DNA of 64,000 nucleotides from Camelus ferus (taxonomy: Eukaryota), in assembly GCF_009834535.1 (NCBI RefSeq), contig NC_045699.1:56792001-56856000 (forward strand), read 5' to 3'. Position numbers and translations under genes: made by a program. The stretch's first letter is position 1; each line of letters begins with the position of its first letter. This document shows, in pieces, positions 43,001 through 56,079 of the stretch. A model generated the notes under the pieces. It saw only the letters and a list, made by a program, of their open reading frames with translations. It was not told where the DNA came from and did no database searches.

Positions 43001-46000
43001 GTGGCCACAGGTCACATGTAGAACTCAGGAAACTTCAGTTTCAAAAAGCGTCCTCCCCTGCCCCTCGGCTGGGTCTTGACCAGAGAGACAGTGTCCCCAC
43101 TGGGGAGCAGGGTGCAGCAAGGAGCCTGGCAGAAGGGCGGGAGCCGTCAGGGAGAAGAGGACTGAGCTGGCTCTGTGGTCACCAGGTCGTAAGAGGAAGC
43201 AGCAGCGGCAGCAGCAGAGGAGGGTGAAGACACCTACTAGGAAGCAGGTAGAATGGCAGTGAGGGGTGAGGGGACCCCAAGGACTTGCTGGGCCTGGAGC
43301 AAGTAGGTGCAGCCTGGCACGGGAAGGGATGTGTGGGAGGTGTGAGTCTCCCTGTTCTGTCTGGTTGTAGATACAAGCTTCCCGTGTGGTTATAGATACT
43401 AACTTCCTTCTTTTAAACTCTTTTTGAAAAGTTTCCTTCACTTCCAAAAGTCCTAATTCAGTTCCTTCTCATGTGGGTTTCAGGAGCCTAAAAAGAAATC
43501 CAAGAGTGAACCAGGGAGTCATAATGCTTCGCAGAAACTTTCAGGTGCCATGATTTATACCACACTGTGGTAAGGGGAATGTGGGCTTGGGAACGAGAAA
43601 ATCCCAGGACATAGCTGAAGACAGGAAAAGCTGAAGTTTTTGTCATTTGGGGACTTGCCTGTCAGGCACTCAGAATTCTCCTTGGAGTGCTTCGGTTTGG
43701 CTGGTCCACTGTGTATCATCCTTCCATCAAATATTTACTAAGTAAGGGAGCTGGACCAGATGTCTGCTTCACATGGGGATTTGAGAGATGACCACAGGCA
43801 TGAGTCAGAGTCATTTTCCCCTTGGGTCCTACTTTAGAAAAAGCAGCAGTTTGAGGATGAAGAGTAAGCCCAGGTTATTGAAGAGAATACTGCTGGGGGC
43901 CCATTGGCCAATGGGGCAGGGAAGAGCCAGGGCCCCTCTCCAAGCCCTAAGAGAGGTCTAAGGAAGCAGAGTCAGGGCCCTCCACCTCCCAGCCACAGGT
44001 TAAAGTCTCAGGAGCCTCTCACTGTCTAGCCCGACCCAGGAGGCAGAGAGCTAATTCTTGACAGGCGATTCTTTTCCTCTAGCCTTCATGCTGGAGACAA
44101 GAGACCCCCCCTTTTGGAGTCCTACTCATGTCTGAGCTGAAGGATATACTTACCCTGGTCCCTCTGATGTTTCTCAGCTTGGGTGCAGAATGGGAGGGAA
44201 GGAGAAAGAATCCTCCTAAACCATGGAAGAGTCTTCTACCCTAAGTAGACTGGACATTGCTGATTGTAATGTGAAAGTAACTGTTTAATCATCAAAATTT
44301 ACTCTCCAACCCTGGGGCCGCTGGGAGGGCCCGGTGAGATGTTTCCTGAGAAGGATGCTGCTCTTGGTTTATTTTCCATCTCACTGAGCTCTGATACCAA
44401 TGGTGTCTTCTAGCCTGAAGATCTAAGGCTGTTGACCTTTACATGGGAAGTAGACAGAACTGGGGCTGTGGCTCAGGGTGGAGTTACTTGTCCAAAGTTA
44501 GCCCTGCATCTAGGGTGGTCAGCACTCCCAAGTTTCATTCTGGTGCCTTTCATTCCTCTTCCTGATGCCTCCAATAGGAGCAGCTCTGTGTGGGTGACTA
44601 GGGGTGCCCCTTTGAATTCTTTTCATAGAGCAGTGGCTTCTCACTGAACTGAGGAAGGCCTCATGGCAGAGATGATTTTTTGCATTGGATCTGGAGAGTT
44701 TTCCCAATATCGATGAGACTTTCTGGAAGTGGGAATAGCATGTGCAAAGGCATCTTGGAGGCACGTGGCTGCCGGGAGCACTGAGCAGTCTACTGTGGCC
44801 GTGGGGTCAGGTATTTACAGGAGGAGGTAAATCAGGCCCAATAGCCTAAGATGTTTGATCTTCATCCTCCGAGTCAGTGGTGCTCCACCCTGTCAGCACC
44901 CTGAAATCACCTGAGGAGCTTTTAAAACCCTAACACCCGGGCTGCACCTCAGACCTATTACATCAGAATTTCTGGTGTGGGGACCCAGGCCTCAGTGGTT
45001 TTTAGAATTCCCCAGTGCTTCCAGTGTGTAGCTAAGATGAGAACCAGTGCTGGTGGGGAGGCAGCCCATGTGTTGAACATGTTGATTGGCTTTCCCTTTT
45101 AGCATCATATCTCTGGTGACAGCTTGGAAGATGTTCAGTTAAAGAAAGGGAGACTGGCAGAGGAAAGAATGTATTAGGGACTAGTTGGGAAAACATCTGA
45201 TGGAAAAGAATCATAGATCTAGAGTTTTTTTCTGCTGGGGAGGATGTTCACTTTCAGAAGCCAATATGGGTACATTAGGGATGACACAAGAAGGTAAGAG
45301 GAATATTTACAAACTGAAAAGGTAGAGTTAGAGTTTCTTTTGCTGTATGGTGTACAGGCACCTGTCCCTTAGGTTTCTTGGAGGAATCCTGGATCTTTTA
45401 ACACACACTTTACCCTAATCGCTAATTCTGTAACAGATGTTGTCACAGTCCCAGGCGAACAGAATCACCAGTAGAACTCAGAGGGCCTAACTCCCTTTTA
45501 CCTGCCCCTAAGGTCCTGTCTTGTCCTGGATGGGGAGTCATTTGCAGACTAGGGGTCAGCTAGAAGCCCTGCAGTGAGGTACGAAATACCGATAAGAAGA
45601 GAATTGAATTGATTTTGTGGTCACAGATCACAGAAATCTACCAGGTCAGGAAAGTCGCAAAAAGCAGCAGAAGCAGATGAAGATAGAAGGCCCCACCTTG
45701 AAACAGGTGAGAGGATATGGGGGCCATTCTGCTAGGGCCCTGTTTCAGTTGTCAGTTACTCTATAACAAACCACCTCAAAGATGAAGCCATAGTGGTTTG
45801 TTAGTTCTTGTGATTCTGTGGGTTGACTGGACAGTTTTCCTGGTCTGTCTTAAGGTCACTCATGCAGCTGCATTCAGTTGGAGGCTGAGCTGGGGATGTT
45901 GGCCAAATTATCTTAGTTCTCTTCCATGAGGCCTCTCCATGTGGCTTGCTTAGTCTTCTTGACAGTAAGTAATCTCATGAAAGCACTTTCTTAAGTGATG

Positions 46001-46872
46001 GGCCTGGAACTGGAACAGTGTCACTCACTTCTGCCACATTTTATTTGTCCAAAAAAAAAAAAAATCACAAGTCCAGCCCAGATTTAAGAGGAGAGGAAAT
46101 TGACTCCATCTCTTGTTGGAAAGAACAGTATGTGCATACAGGAATGGGAGGAATTATTGGCAGCCACCTCTGGAGGCAGTCTACCCTTAGTTGACAGCTG
46201 GGAATGGGGAAGACTGGATTCTGGCTTCATCTGGTCAGCCTGGAGGGTACAGAATGTGTGACACCAGCTTCTTTTTAGTTTTGGGTAGGTGGCATTTTAT
46301 CTCATCTTAGACGTTAATGTCTCTAAGAAAAATCCTTTGTTCCCTAAAGTCCTGATTCAAGTTTCTTTTACACGTAGGCATTTCAGGATTCCACAGAGAA
46401 ACCACAGGTGGACTACTCTAAGAAACACCTGGATTCATTCCCCAGTAAGAAGAGTAAGTTACTAGGGTGGAGGAACCTTAGTAAGTGACTGAGGACAGGG
46501 AGAGCTGAACCTGTGTGGACCAGGATGGTTCACCTCCCTGGAGGGAACAGTCCTCATCTCTCAGAAGGGTCCTAAAGACAACCCAGCCCTTCCTTTTCTG
46601 TCCATTTTTCACAGTTGGGAGAAGGCTCCATGTGCAATTAATGACTGCATCTTTTTTTAGGTCCTGAATTACCTAGAATAGAATGCACTCACAAGGACAT
46701 CAGGACTCAGATGGAGGTTTTGCTGGAAGCCCAAAAGAGGACCCCAAACAGTACTTCTGGAATAGGCTGGAACCCTGAGCTCAAACTGCTGAGGATTCTT
46801 CAGGCCACTGGTGATGAAGATGAGGAGAACCAGCCCTCTGGGGCACAGAGTGAAGAATCTCTGGAGGCATAG
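34837..46872 (+). CDS. C9orf43: C9orf43 homolog (uncharacterised protein), 13 coding exons; exon 11 has a phase problem (see findings)
   Basis: Exons: 34837-34987, 35089-35239, 37596-37653, 39281-39381, 40710(or 40740)-40776, 41496-41668, 42349-42499, 42848-42908, 43186-43247, 43484-43569 (or -43544), 45627-45706, 46387(or 46378)-46453, 46661-46872. N-terminus [27 protein letters not shown] and C-terminal [13 protein letters not shown] match the recalled human protein. Confidence 0.9.
35438..35829. mobile_element. MaLR LTR (MLT1-type) spanning an assembly gap
   Basis: tgtgttagttttctaaggttaccataacaag...cagcttaaacaacagaaatg...gttcagcccttaaca, typical MLT1 termini. Confidence 0.8.
35596..35766. 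other. Assembly gap (N run)
   Basis: 171 N bases. Confidence 1.
36850..37275 (-). mobile_element. L1MB-like 3' fragment containing an assembly gap (N 37076-37251)
   Basis: tatggtaaatatacataacataaaattgactattttaactatttttaagtatacagttcag... Confidence 0.8.
40005..40042. repeat. (TA)n microsatellite followed by poly-T
   Basis: atatatataaatatatatatatatatatatatatatatattttt. Confidence 0.9.
44875..45049. mobile_element. MER5A-like hAT-Charlie MITE
   Basis: Terminal inverted repeats CAGTGGTGCTC...GAGAACCAGTG. Internal gaaatcacctgaggagcttttaaa...catcagaatttctgg. Confidence 0.8.
45742..46167. mobile_element. MaLR LTR (MLT1F/G-like) in a C9orf43 intron
   Basis: tgtttcagttgtcagttactctataacaaaccacctcaaa...cacttctgccacattttatttgtc...acaagtccagcccagatt. 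Confidence 0.65.
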
Positions 46873-47122
46873 GTGGAAGGCATCCCCGGGGCAGCCTTAT
46901 TCCAGAGCAGGATGCTTGGATTCCTGAGGACAGCGACCTTGGACATGAGGGCAGAAAGGAGAGGGGACTTCTACTTCCTGGAACCTTTACCAGGGCCTGA
47001 CCTTAGGATTCTGTTTTCTTCATGGGCTGCTACTGGCTTCTAAAATAAGTGAGAGAGAAAAAGCCCCACCCTTTTCAAACTTAGACTGTTTCTTTTCCAT
47101 TAGGGCCAGGATAATTTTAGTG

Positions 47123-47128
47123 ATTAAA
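47123..47128 (+). terminator. C9orf43: Candidate C9orf43 poly(A) signal ATTAAA
   Basis: First A(A/T)TAAA hexamer I found after the TAG at 46870-46872, about 250 nt downstream. Confidence 0.5.
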
Positions 47129-50100
47129 CACAGCTGCTGCTTCATCAAAAGATTCATTCTCTGTTTTTAGGAGGAGGGGAGAGATGTTTTTTAGTATCTC
47201 TTTTCTGGGTCACTTTTATCTCCTCTCCAAAACTCTTGAAAGCTTTCTAGTTATAGGAAGGGATGAATTTGGCCTGTGGGAACCCCTAATTTGTTCCTAG
47301 CTTTCCCTCTCATTCTCTGGAAATGGTTTCTTTTGGGGATGGCATCTGCTTCATTATCAAGTAATAGTCGTTGTGTTATGTGTGTATGTGTTATGTGCAG
47401 TAGTCCTGTGTATAGTATGGAACTCATATTCCCAAGTTGCTGAGTCTGCAGGAAGATTTCAGTGATGCTGGTAAAGACTCAGAATTTCAGAGTCTCAGGG
47501 TCCCTTGTACTTGGTTTTCAGAAGGATTTTTTTTCATGTTTTTGTCCTTAAACTTTTTAATACAGAAAATTTTCAAAATTACACAAAAGAGAATAACAAA
47601 ACTCATGTACCCAGTGTATTAGATTTGGGTAATAGAAGCCTGGGCCCCATGCCTCATGAGCATTCAGGGCCCCAGTATTCTCAGCAGCTCTGTACCCAAG
47701 ATCGAGCCTCTTTCCCACAAGTAGGGGCTGGGTGGAAGAAGAGAACCTTCACCTGTTGGCTGTACTCACCAGAACTTAGCCTCAGCAACAGGTAGCTGAG
47801 GGCAGGATGAGATGTGATGATGTCCTGACCCTCCTGGGAAGTAGCTCTCTGACTTGGAACTAGGGGGAGAGGGAGCCCTGTGTCCTTGGGCTGCAGCAGT
47901 CTGGAGTAGGGCTTCTCACTGAAGTAGGGAGGAATGGGGGAGATGGTCCTAGGGTCACATACCATAGACTCCTGCAGCTCTTACCGAGGTTTTGTAGATT
48001 TTTTTGAATGTTTCTTCATTTGTTGTATGCTCTTAGAGCCGTTTCAGAGACTTAAAATAATTTTCATTTGTTTCGTTGGAGATCTGTTTGTGGAGCTCGT
48101 TGCACTATAAGGAAGGAAGTGGAACTCCGGACTGGGCCTGAGAACTTTTTATAAAGAGAAACTTACCCCTTATCAATTATTTTCTACCTTAAGTACAGTT
48201 CGTACAAGAAAGGCAGATTAAATGTTCAACTCCTTTTTAACATTGTCTCAAAACAGACCAAATTAGAAAGCTAAAACTCCTGCCTATCCATTCTTCCTTT
48301 TTTCCAAGCCAAATCAAAATCATATGACATCATTTGTGTTATAAGACTGAACTATACTTAGCTGAATCTTCATGGTGAGAGGAATCCAAGAGGCATTATG
48401 TGGGCTATTTTCCTGAAAATAATTATTTCTCAAATGTACATCACATTGCAGAATGACTTCTGTGGGCTAACTTAAAAATTTACAACTTTTTCTCTTCTCC
48501 TTAGCCTACCCTCAGACCTGTCCTCCCGAGCAAACCCGATTTCCAGTGGTCAGTAGTGGGGTGAGGATGGGCAGAGCTTAGCTTTAATTTGCTTATTTCA
48601 TCTGAAGACTCAGAGAAGGTCTAACTATTGTATAACTAATTCAGCTACTTTACTTACTTAGTAAAGCAGCTCCCAGAAACTGGCACATTTTTTTAAGTTC
48701 CTGTTGATCAGTATAAATTTACCTTTTGAACCATGACATATTTTAAGTGAAAAGATATTTGCTATCTGAATACTGGCCTTTGCTTCTATTTTCAAAGGGA
48801 GAAAAAACATTGTAGGCTGAAACTTGTTTCATCTTTGTTATCTCAGTCCCTCAAATTTGGATAATCACAAACAGAAGTTAGGGAAATATAACCTGCATAT
48901 CACATTATGGTTTTCAAGGCACTTTATACTATTTTGATTAATTATTTTGCCAACTCTATGGATAGATGTGGGTCGCCTCTGTTTTATAGTTTAGGAAACT
49001 GAGGCACAGAATACAGGGCTGAAGATAGTCCATTTGGGGCCTTTGGGTGAATTAGAAAAAAGGCGCCCTGTAAGACATTTTACTCCTATCCCCTGAAACA
49101 TTATTTCAATGAAGATACAAATCTACGGAGATACAATGAAGATACAAATGCACTGTGTTCTGATGCCTCTCTGATTCCCTCTCTTTAATCAGGAAGGAAG
49201 GAAGAGGCCCTGTTGAAATGAGTTCACTGATGGGGAGGAGCCTTCATGAACCCTTTGCTTCAGCCTTCCAATGTTCTGAGAGAGGAGGAGCCAGGTAACT
49301 GTTGCTAACTGCCATTTCCCTACCATCTGGGCCATAGGAATCAGGAGAATTAAAGCCTAATAGCCAGGAGACTCAAGCCAGAATCGCTTGGGGATCCGCT
49401 TTACGCACGTAAGCAGAGAGGACTTAAGATTTAGCCTTTTGGAATATTGTCCTGGGAGCCTTATGTTCCTAAGAAACTATACTCTGGTTTCTTTTGTTCA
49501 TTTCATTTTCTTTGTGATCTCTACTGGGGCTAGCCCACTTTATTTGGGTCATCGTTGTTTTCTGAGCATACTTCCCAATGATACCTGGTCCAGTTTGACC
49601 TGTGCACCCAAGCAGAGTCTATGAAAACATCTTCAGACATTCTGTGTCCACACTTCTCCTTGCAGAGCCAGCTGTCTTTCGTTATTGGTCCTGCTTTCTT
49701 GGGTAACAGACTCTGTTTTTCATTGTTTTGGGATTATAGAAAGTTCCCTTTGGTGGGAGAGAGTCAGGGTTTCATTCTTGGTGGCAGTGACCCTTGAAAA
49801 AAATCAGCTTATTCAAATGCACCTAAAGGAATTGTTTGCTAAATTAAGGACAGACATGCCTCTGGATTTTAGATGGAAATGATTAGAGGCTCTTTGGAAT
49901 CCAGAAGAATCTGGGAAAAATTTTTATAAATTTTCTTTTTCAGTTGCCATAAGGTACCAGGGTATGAAATTAATTTGCTCTTCTGTTTATATATTTATTT
50001 AACAGATATTAAGTGATTATTATATGTTAGAAATCAACCCCTAGATTGTCTTGATAGAGAAAGGAAACATTTTGGAGAGATGGTGGAGCATCATTCCCAG

Positions 50101-50879
50101 GAATATAGCTAGAAATTTTACTGGATCAAGTGGTAAAGTTGTTTGAGACCACTAGGTGGTGTTATTATATTACGAAAATGATACTCTTCTGAGACAGGAG
50201 ACCTCTATTTCTGAGACTGAGTATATACACACAGTCAAAGAAGCTTCTTTGTGAGTCACTGGAGGAAAGGCCACATTTCACTCTTTACATATGTGATCCA
50301 ACTTAAATGCTCGAGGGGACTGGAAGCTCCTAGAGGGATGGGGTTGTGTCCATTGTCATGTTTGTAGCCCCAGGCTATAGCCCTAGCATGTAGTAGGCAC
50401 TCAATAAACAAACAAACAAACAAACAAATAAATAAATGGATGAATTAGTCTTTGAACAACGTAGATTGTCACTGAAAGAACCATTTCCAGAGTGTGGAAA
50501 ATTCTGGCAAATGCACACAGGCCTAGGATTTGGGGAAGTTGGGAGCTGTTGATGATCCTGACAGATCGCTAGTTGGGCAGAGACTCAGGGAGGCAGTGTT
50601 TGGGAAGGTAGAAACACCAACAGCGACCTGAGGCTCTTAAACTGCTTTTCATCTCCTCAATTCACCTGTTTGAAAATATAGGGAGGATGTAAACCAACAA
50701 ATTTGGACTTTTTTTTTTCTTGAGTCTATGTTACTTCTTTCTAATGATTGCTCTGTTTTGGAAGGGGTCTTCAAAAATAATTTACTCTTCTCTTTGCCTC
50801 TCATTAATTGGTACCTTTTTTCATTCAATAATTTATTTGTTGTTCATTCATTCATTCCACAAATATTATTAATGTGTGC

Positions 50880-53150
50880 AGAGCACTGGTCTTGGCTGTG
50901 TGGTCATCGCTGACTTTTTCCTCTCATGGCCCCTTTGAGTTCAATTAATCACCAAATCCTATTAGCTGTAGCACTCAGATCCATGTTCTCCTGTTTCTTC
51001 TGCTCTTACGTTAGTCCAGGCCTCCATCTTCTTTCATCTGGGTCACTGCATCAACCCTTGGTCTTTACTGCTCCCAGTCATTCTCCCACCTTCCCAACAC
51101 GCTCGTATGATCATGTTACTCCTTTCCTTAAAACTCTCCCTTGCTCTCAGGATCAAACCCAACCTCTTTTGCTTGTTTTACAAGCCTTACAAGGTAGAGC
51201 TGTGACCTGGTTGGGCCCAACTTTTCTCTCTCAGCCCCACTACCTCCAGCTCTCACCTCATTCTGTGTGTCCCAGCCATGATTTTTTCCTTTTGGTTCTT
51301 TTAATAAGTCCTGTCCTCTCTTACCTTCAGACTTTCCCCCGCCCCCTTAGTTTCCCTACAATCTGTAAAATTCTTTTCTTCCCCCCTCTGCCTGGCCACT
51401 TTCTATTCATTCTTTAGGTCTCAGCTTGAGTGTTACTATTTTGGGAAGCTTTTTCTGACCACTGTCAGGGTGAGGTCTCGCTCTTTCCCTTTTCCTCTCA
51501 GACTCTGTGGGGCTCACAGCTCGTCCGCTGCCACCTTCACTGCCAGACTGTTGGTTCTGTGAGTGGCACCTGTCTTCACTGCATATCTTTAGCACCTGGT
51601 TGAGTGCACATTGTAAATGCTCAATCATATATACTGAATGAGCACAAATGAATAAAAAGCATATGTGACATATCTCCTCTCTTTGGGGTATCTGTGATGT
51701 AGCAACGTGAGCTGAGTGGTACAAATAAGAGCTCCAGTGGTGAGAGGAAGGAGGGGACACTTTGGGTGCTACCATCTGAAGATGAGTTAGGTTTTGGCAA
51801 GTGGAGATGTTTGTGGAGGTGGCCTTTAGGTGGAGGGAAGTGATGCAGGTGGGAAGAGTTTGGGGGATAGGCAAGGGGTGTAGTGTTCCTGTTTGGGAAG
51901 AGTGGAAGGTAGGACTGGAGACAGGTTGTGACAGCTCGTGACTAGATTGTTCAGGGCCTTGAGTGCCAGGCTGGAGGGAGTAGACTCTATCTGATAGCCA
52001 TTGATGGCTTTTGAATAGCAGATGCTAGGACTAAATTAGTGCTTTAGAAAATGTTAATCTAATGGCAGTGAAACATGAACTGGAGGGAGACCAGCAAGAC
52101 CAGCGAGACCAGTTAGGAGGCTATCATAGAAGTCAAGGTAGGAGGTGATCAGGGCCTGGATCATGCATAAGAATGGAGGCAAAGGGACGTGGTGCAAAAG
52201 AATTAAGAAGAATCTGGGAAGTGGAAGGAGAGAGAGGGAGGAGTCAAAGACTTCTCAGCCTGATTCAGTGAGGTGCTGTCATTATTAGAAATTGTGAAGT
52301 CAAAAGGAAGAACCAGTTTAAGGAAAGATAAAGGAATTCGTTTATCAGAACTTTACAGTGGAATTCTTGCTGTTTATGCTTTTCACTTAGGAAATTCGGT
52401 CTGTGTAGGGGACCAAAAAATGAAGCCCAAGTGGGAGGGAGTGACAGAGAGAACATAATGCAGCCGCTGCGGGCTGTTTCAGCTCTGCACTCAGTGGAAA
52501 TACCTCCCAGAGGGAGGGCAAGATGGGGAAGGTGAATTTGCTCTTCCCCTTTTGATTTACAATACTGTGTGCATTTTATGGGTGACTAAGGGCTTATTTG
52601 AGGGTAATTTTGACTATTCACAATCCATGCTTTATATGCTGATTTTAGATCTGAATTCCTCTGCAAGATTTGTCTTCTTAAAATGTGTGCCAGACATTCG
52701 GCTGGGCAGTAGGCAGCTAGTAAGAAGACACATCTCAGTCACTGCATTAGAGTTGCTCACAGATGAGCTGGGGAGAAAGATATGAAAGAAGACAATTAGA
52801 CTATAGTCTAGGTGAGCAGTCAGGGAGAAGGGGGTGCAGAGAGGAAGGAGGTAATTGGCTAGCATGTCAAAACAGAGGTGGCCCTGGGCCCTGGCTTTGG
52901 AGAGAGATCTGGAAGCCATCATCAGAGCAGGTAGGTGAGAGTAACAATAGGAATGGATGAGATCTTGGAAGGGGAGAATATTGAGGACGCAGGGAGACCG
53001 AAGGGCACAACAGTAACATACTCTCAGTAGAAGGCAGGAAGAGCCATGAAACAGATGAATTATCAGAGAAGTGGGAGGCAAGGGGGATGAGGACTGAGAA
53101 GACGCAAGTGATTTTCATAATAAGGAAGTCATTGGTGACTTCTGAGTGAA
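50880..53150. mobile_element. Cluster of L2 fragments in both orientations
   Basis: Plus-strand L2 at about 50930-51660 (tcatgttactcctttccttaaaactctccc...agcacctggttgagtgcacattgtaaatgctcaat). Minus-strand L2 at about 51780-53150. Confidence 0.6.
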
Positions 53151-53649
53151 CAGTAAGTAATGCTGGCAGAGAGGGGGGTCCAAGAGTGATTGGTAAGAAT
53201 CTGGAAGCAAAGGGAATACCTGCCTCGTCTCAGTCATGGCTGCAGTAAAACCAACCAAGATATATTTCCTAGTTCCCAATGAAATTCCCCTGGAGAATGT
53301 TTGGGATCTCTGGATGCCATGACCTCTGTCTCTGTATGATCTGCTACTGTCCAGTAATTAGACACTTCATCATCACAGTACATTGATCCATAAAAACACT
53401 TTGGTCTACATAAGCCTTATATTCAAGCTTGAGTGTAATCCATCTGAGCCACAGAGCTTAGCTGTGGTTATTGCATTTTATACTAAACATATCTATATTA
53501 TTTTCTTCCAGCAGTAGAATCCACATTCCCATGTGACTGCGAATGCTAACTTGCTAATAGCTTTCCTGGAGTTTGCTTCTTGCAATTACCTCATCAGAAT
53601 TTAGACAAGGCAATATATAACAATTTATTCCAGGATGCAGGGAGCTCTG

Positions 53650-55440
53650 GGTGTTTTTTTTTAGTTAATGGTTCCTTATCCTAGTTACATTGTCCTTTTA
53701 AAGAGATTTAAATAATAAGGAAAAAAATCTCCCTTATATGTGCCCACGTAATTACCACTCCTGGTGTTTTCTTCATTTCTTCGTGTGGATCAAGACTTCC
53801 ATATGGTATTGTTTTCCTTCGGCCTGAAGGATTTTAACATTTCTTACAGTATAGGTTTGTCGGTGATGAACTCATTCAACTTTTGTAAGTCTGAGAAAAT
53901 CTTTATTTTTGCCTTCATTTTATAGAAGATATTTTTGCTGGGTAAAGAATTCTAGGTTGGCAGTTTTTTTCTTTAAAGTTGTTGCTTCACTCTTCTGGTA
54001 CATATTTGTGATAAGTCCAATGGTCATTCTTTGTTCCTCTGTATATAATATGCTTTTTTTTTTTCTTGCTGATTTCCCCTTTGTCACTGGTTTTAAGCAA
54101 TTTGATCATGATGTGCTTTGGTATAAGTTTCTTCATGTTCTGCTGGGGTTCATTGAGCTTTTTGGATTTATGGGTTTATAGTTTTCATCAAATTTGGGCA
54201 ACTTCCCCCCATTATTTCTTCAAATATATTTTCTATCCCCTACTGCTGGAAAAGCATCAGCTCACTGATGCTTTTTTTTTTCCCTGTCCTTTTGGGGTTT
54301 TTTCCTCTTTGTGTTTCATTTTGGATAGTTTCTATAGCTATGTCTTTGAGTTCACTAATCTTTTTTTTTAACCTACAGTGTCTGATCTGCTATGAATCCC
54401 ATCGTGTGAATTTTTTTCATCTCAGACATATTTTTCACCTCTAGATGTTTGATTTAGTCTTTTTTTAATGTCTGTGTCTCTAACATGCTCTTAAAGTGCT
54501 TCTTGAACGTATATATACAGTTGTAATTACTATTTTAATGTTCTTGTCTTTAATGTTTTTGTTTAGTAGTTGTAATAATTATTTTAAGTCTATCATCTAT
54601 GTCATTGCTGGATTGGTTTCTATTGATTTTTCTCTTTATTGTGGGTCACATATTTCTGCTTCTTTGCATGCCTGGTAACTTTGTATTGGACACCATTTTT
54701 ATTGTGAATTTTCCCTTGTTGGGTGTTGGATATTTTTGTATTCCTATAAATATTCTTGAGCTTGTTCTGGGATGCAGTTAAGTTACTTAGAAAGCTTTTG
54801 ATCTTTTTGGGTCTTTTTTAAGGTTTTTAAGATGGGAACAGAGTGTCATTTAGTATAAGGCTAATTAATCAACAGAGGCAAAACTCTTCTGAGTACCTAC
54901 CCAATGCCCCATGAATTAGAAGGTCTTTCCACTCTGGCTGATAAAAATAAGAACTAATCCTAGTCTTGTAAGAGCTTCAGAGATTGTTCCTTCTAATCCT
55001 TTTGGGTGGTTCTTTCCCCAGCCTCAGGTACTTTCCTAATACCTATGAGCTCATCAGGCTTAGCTGAAGATTTGAAGGAAGACCCTCTGCAGATCTCTGA
55101 AGCTCTCTCTTTGTGCAGCTCTTTCCTCTCTGATGCTCTGTCCTGTGAACTCCAGCTGCCTTGGCCTCCTGAACTCCTCAAGTTAAGGTTTAGGAGTTGG
55201 CCTGTCCCCTTTAGAAAATCTCTCCAGGCAACTGACTGGGGCAATCACAGGGCTCACCTTGTTGGTTTTGTTTCTCAGGGATCACTGTCCTTTGTTGCGT
55301 GATGCCCAATATCTTGAAAACGGTTGCTTCATATATTTTGTGCAATCTTTTAGTTGTTTTAGGTGAGAGGGAAAATCCAGTTTCTGGATTGGATCGAGTC
55401 CCAAGATGTTACTCCATCTTGGCAGGAGGCAGAAATTTAC
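53650..55440 (-). mobile_element. Old L1M fragment
   Basis: ggcctgaaggattttaacatttcttacagtataggtttgtcggtgatgaactcattcaacttttgtaagtctgagaaaatctttattttgccttcatttt..., typical L1M text. Confidence 0.75.
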
Positions 55441-56079
55441 CTTGTTCTTTAAGTTTGAAAAACTTTTTTAAGGCCTCTGGAGCCCTTGACTATGCCAAGC
55501 CAAGTTGCTTGTTATCAGATCAGGAAAAGAGGTGCTTCTTGAAGAGGCTAAAAGGGCTTGCAACATAACTGCAGGGAAGCTGAGCCATTCTAGGAGAGAC
55601 AGGGGATTCTGCTTTTCTTTTCTGTCAAGTCTTTGGCTCTTATCATTGGACTCAGCTTACTGTTTCACATTCCTTTGGTACTGAAAGTTTTGTTCTTTTC
55701 TACTTTGAAACAGTACCCTCAGCTCACTTAAAATCTTGAAATTCTTTACTTGGTTCCCACTTAGACCCTATTTGTGTATTTAGGTCACCAAAGCCTTCTA
55801 AATCTGAGGCAAATTAAAGTTTCTCAGTGGTATTTATAGCAACCAGCACCTGCTCCTGTAGAGAACCACTAACTCAAGATACTGTGTTTTACCTTGAAGA
55901 TGAATTGCAGACATACTTGTAAAAGGCAAATCCTGCATTTCAAGGGTGAAAAAATTACCCCTTAACAAAACGTTCCAGCTGGTTAAATTTAGGACAAGAA
56001 AAAAACCTGACCCAAGAATATTCTCTGGCTTTGAGCCCAGGGTATTTTTCCTTTTGGAGTGAATTTGGTACAGTTTCAT

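Noticed and set aside
50926-51874. 163-aa and 155-aa ORFs
   Set aside because: They lie in decayed L2 sequence, with no RT or endonuclease motifs retained.
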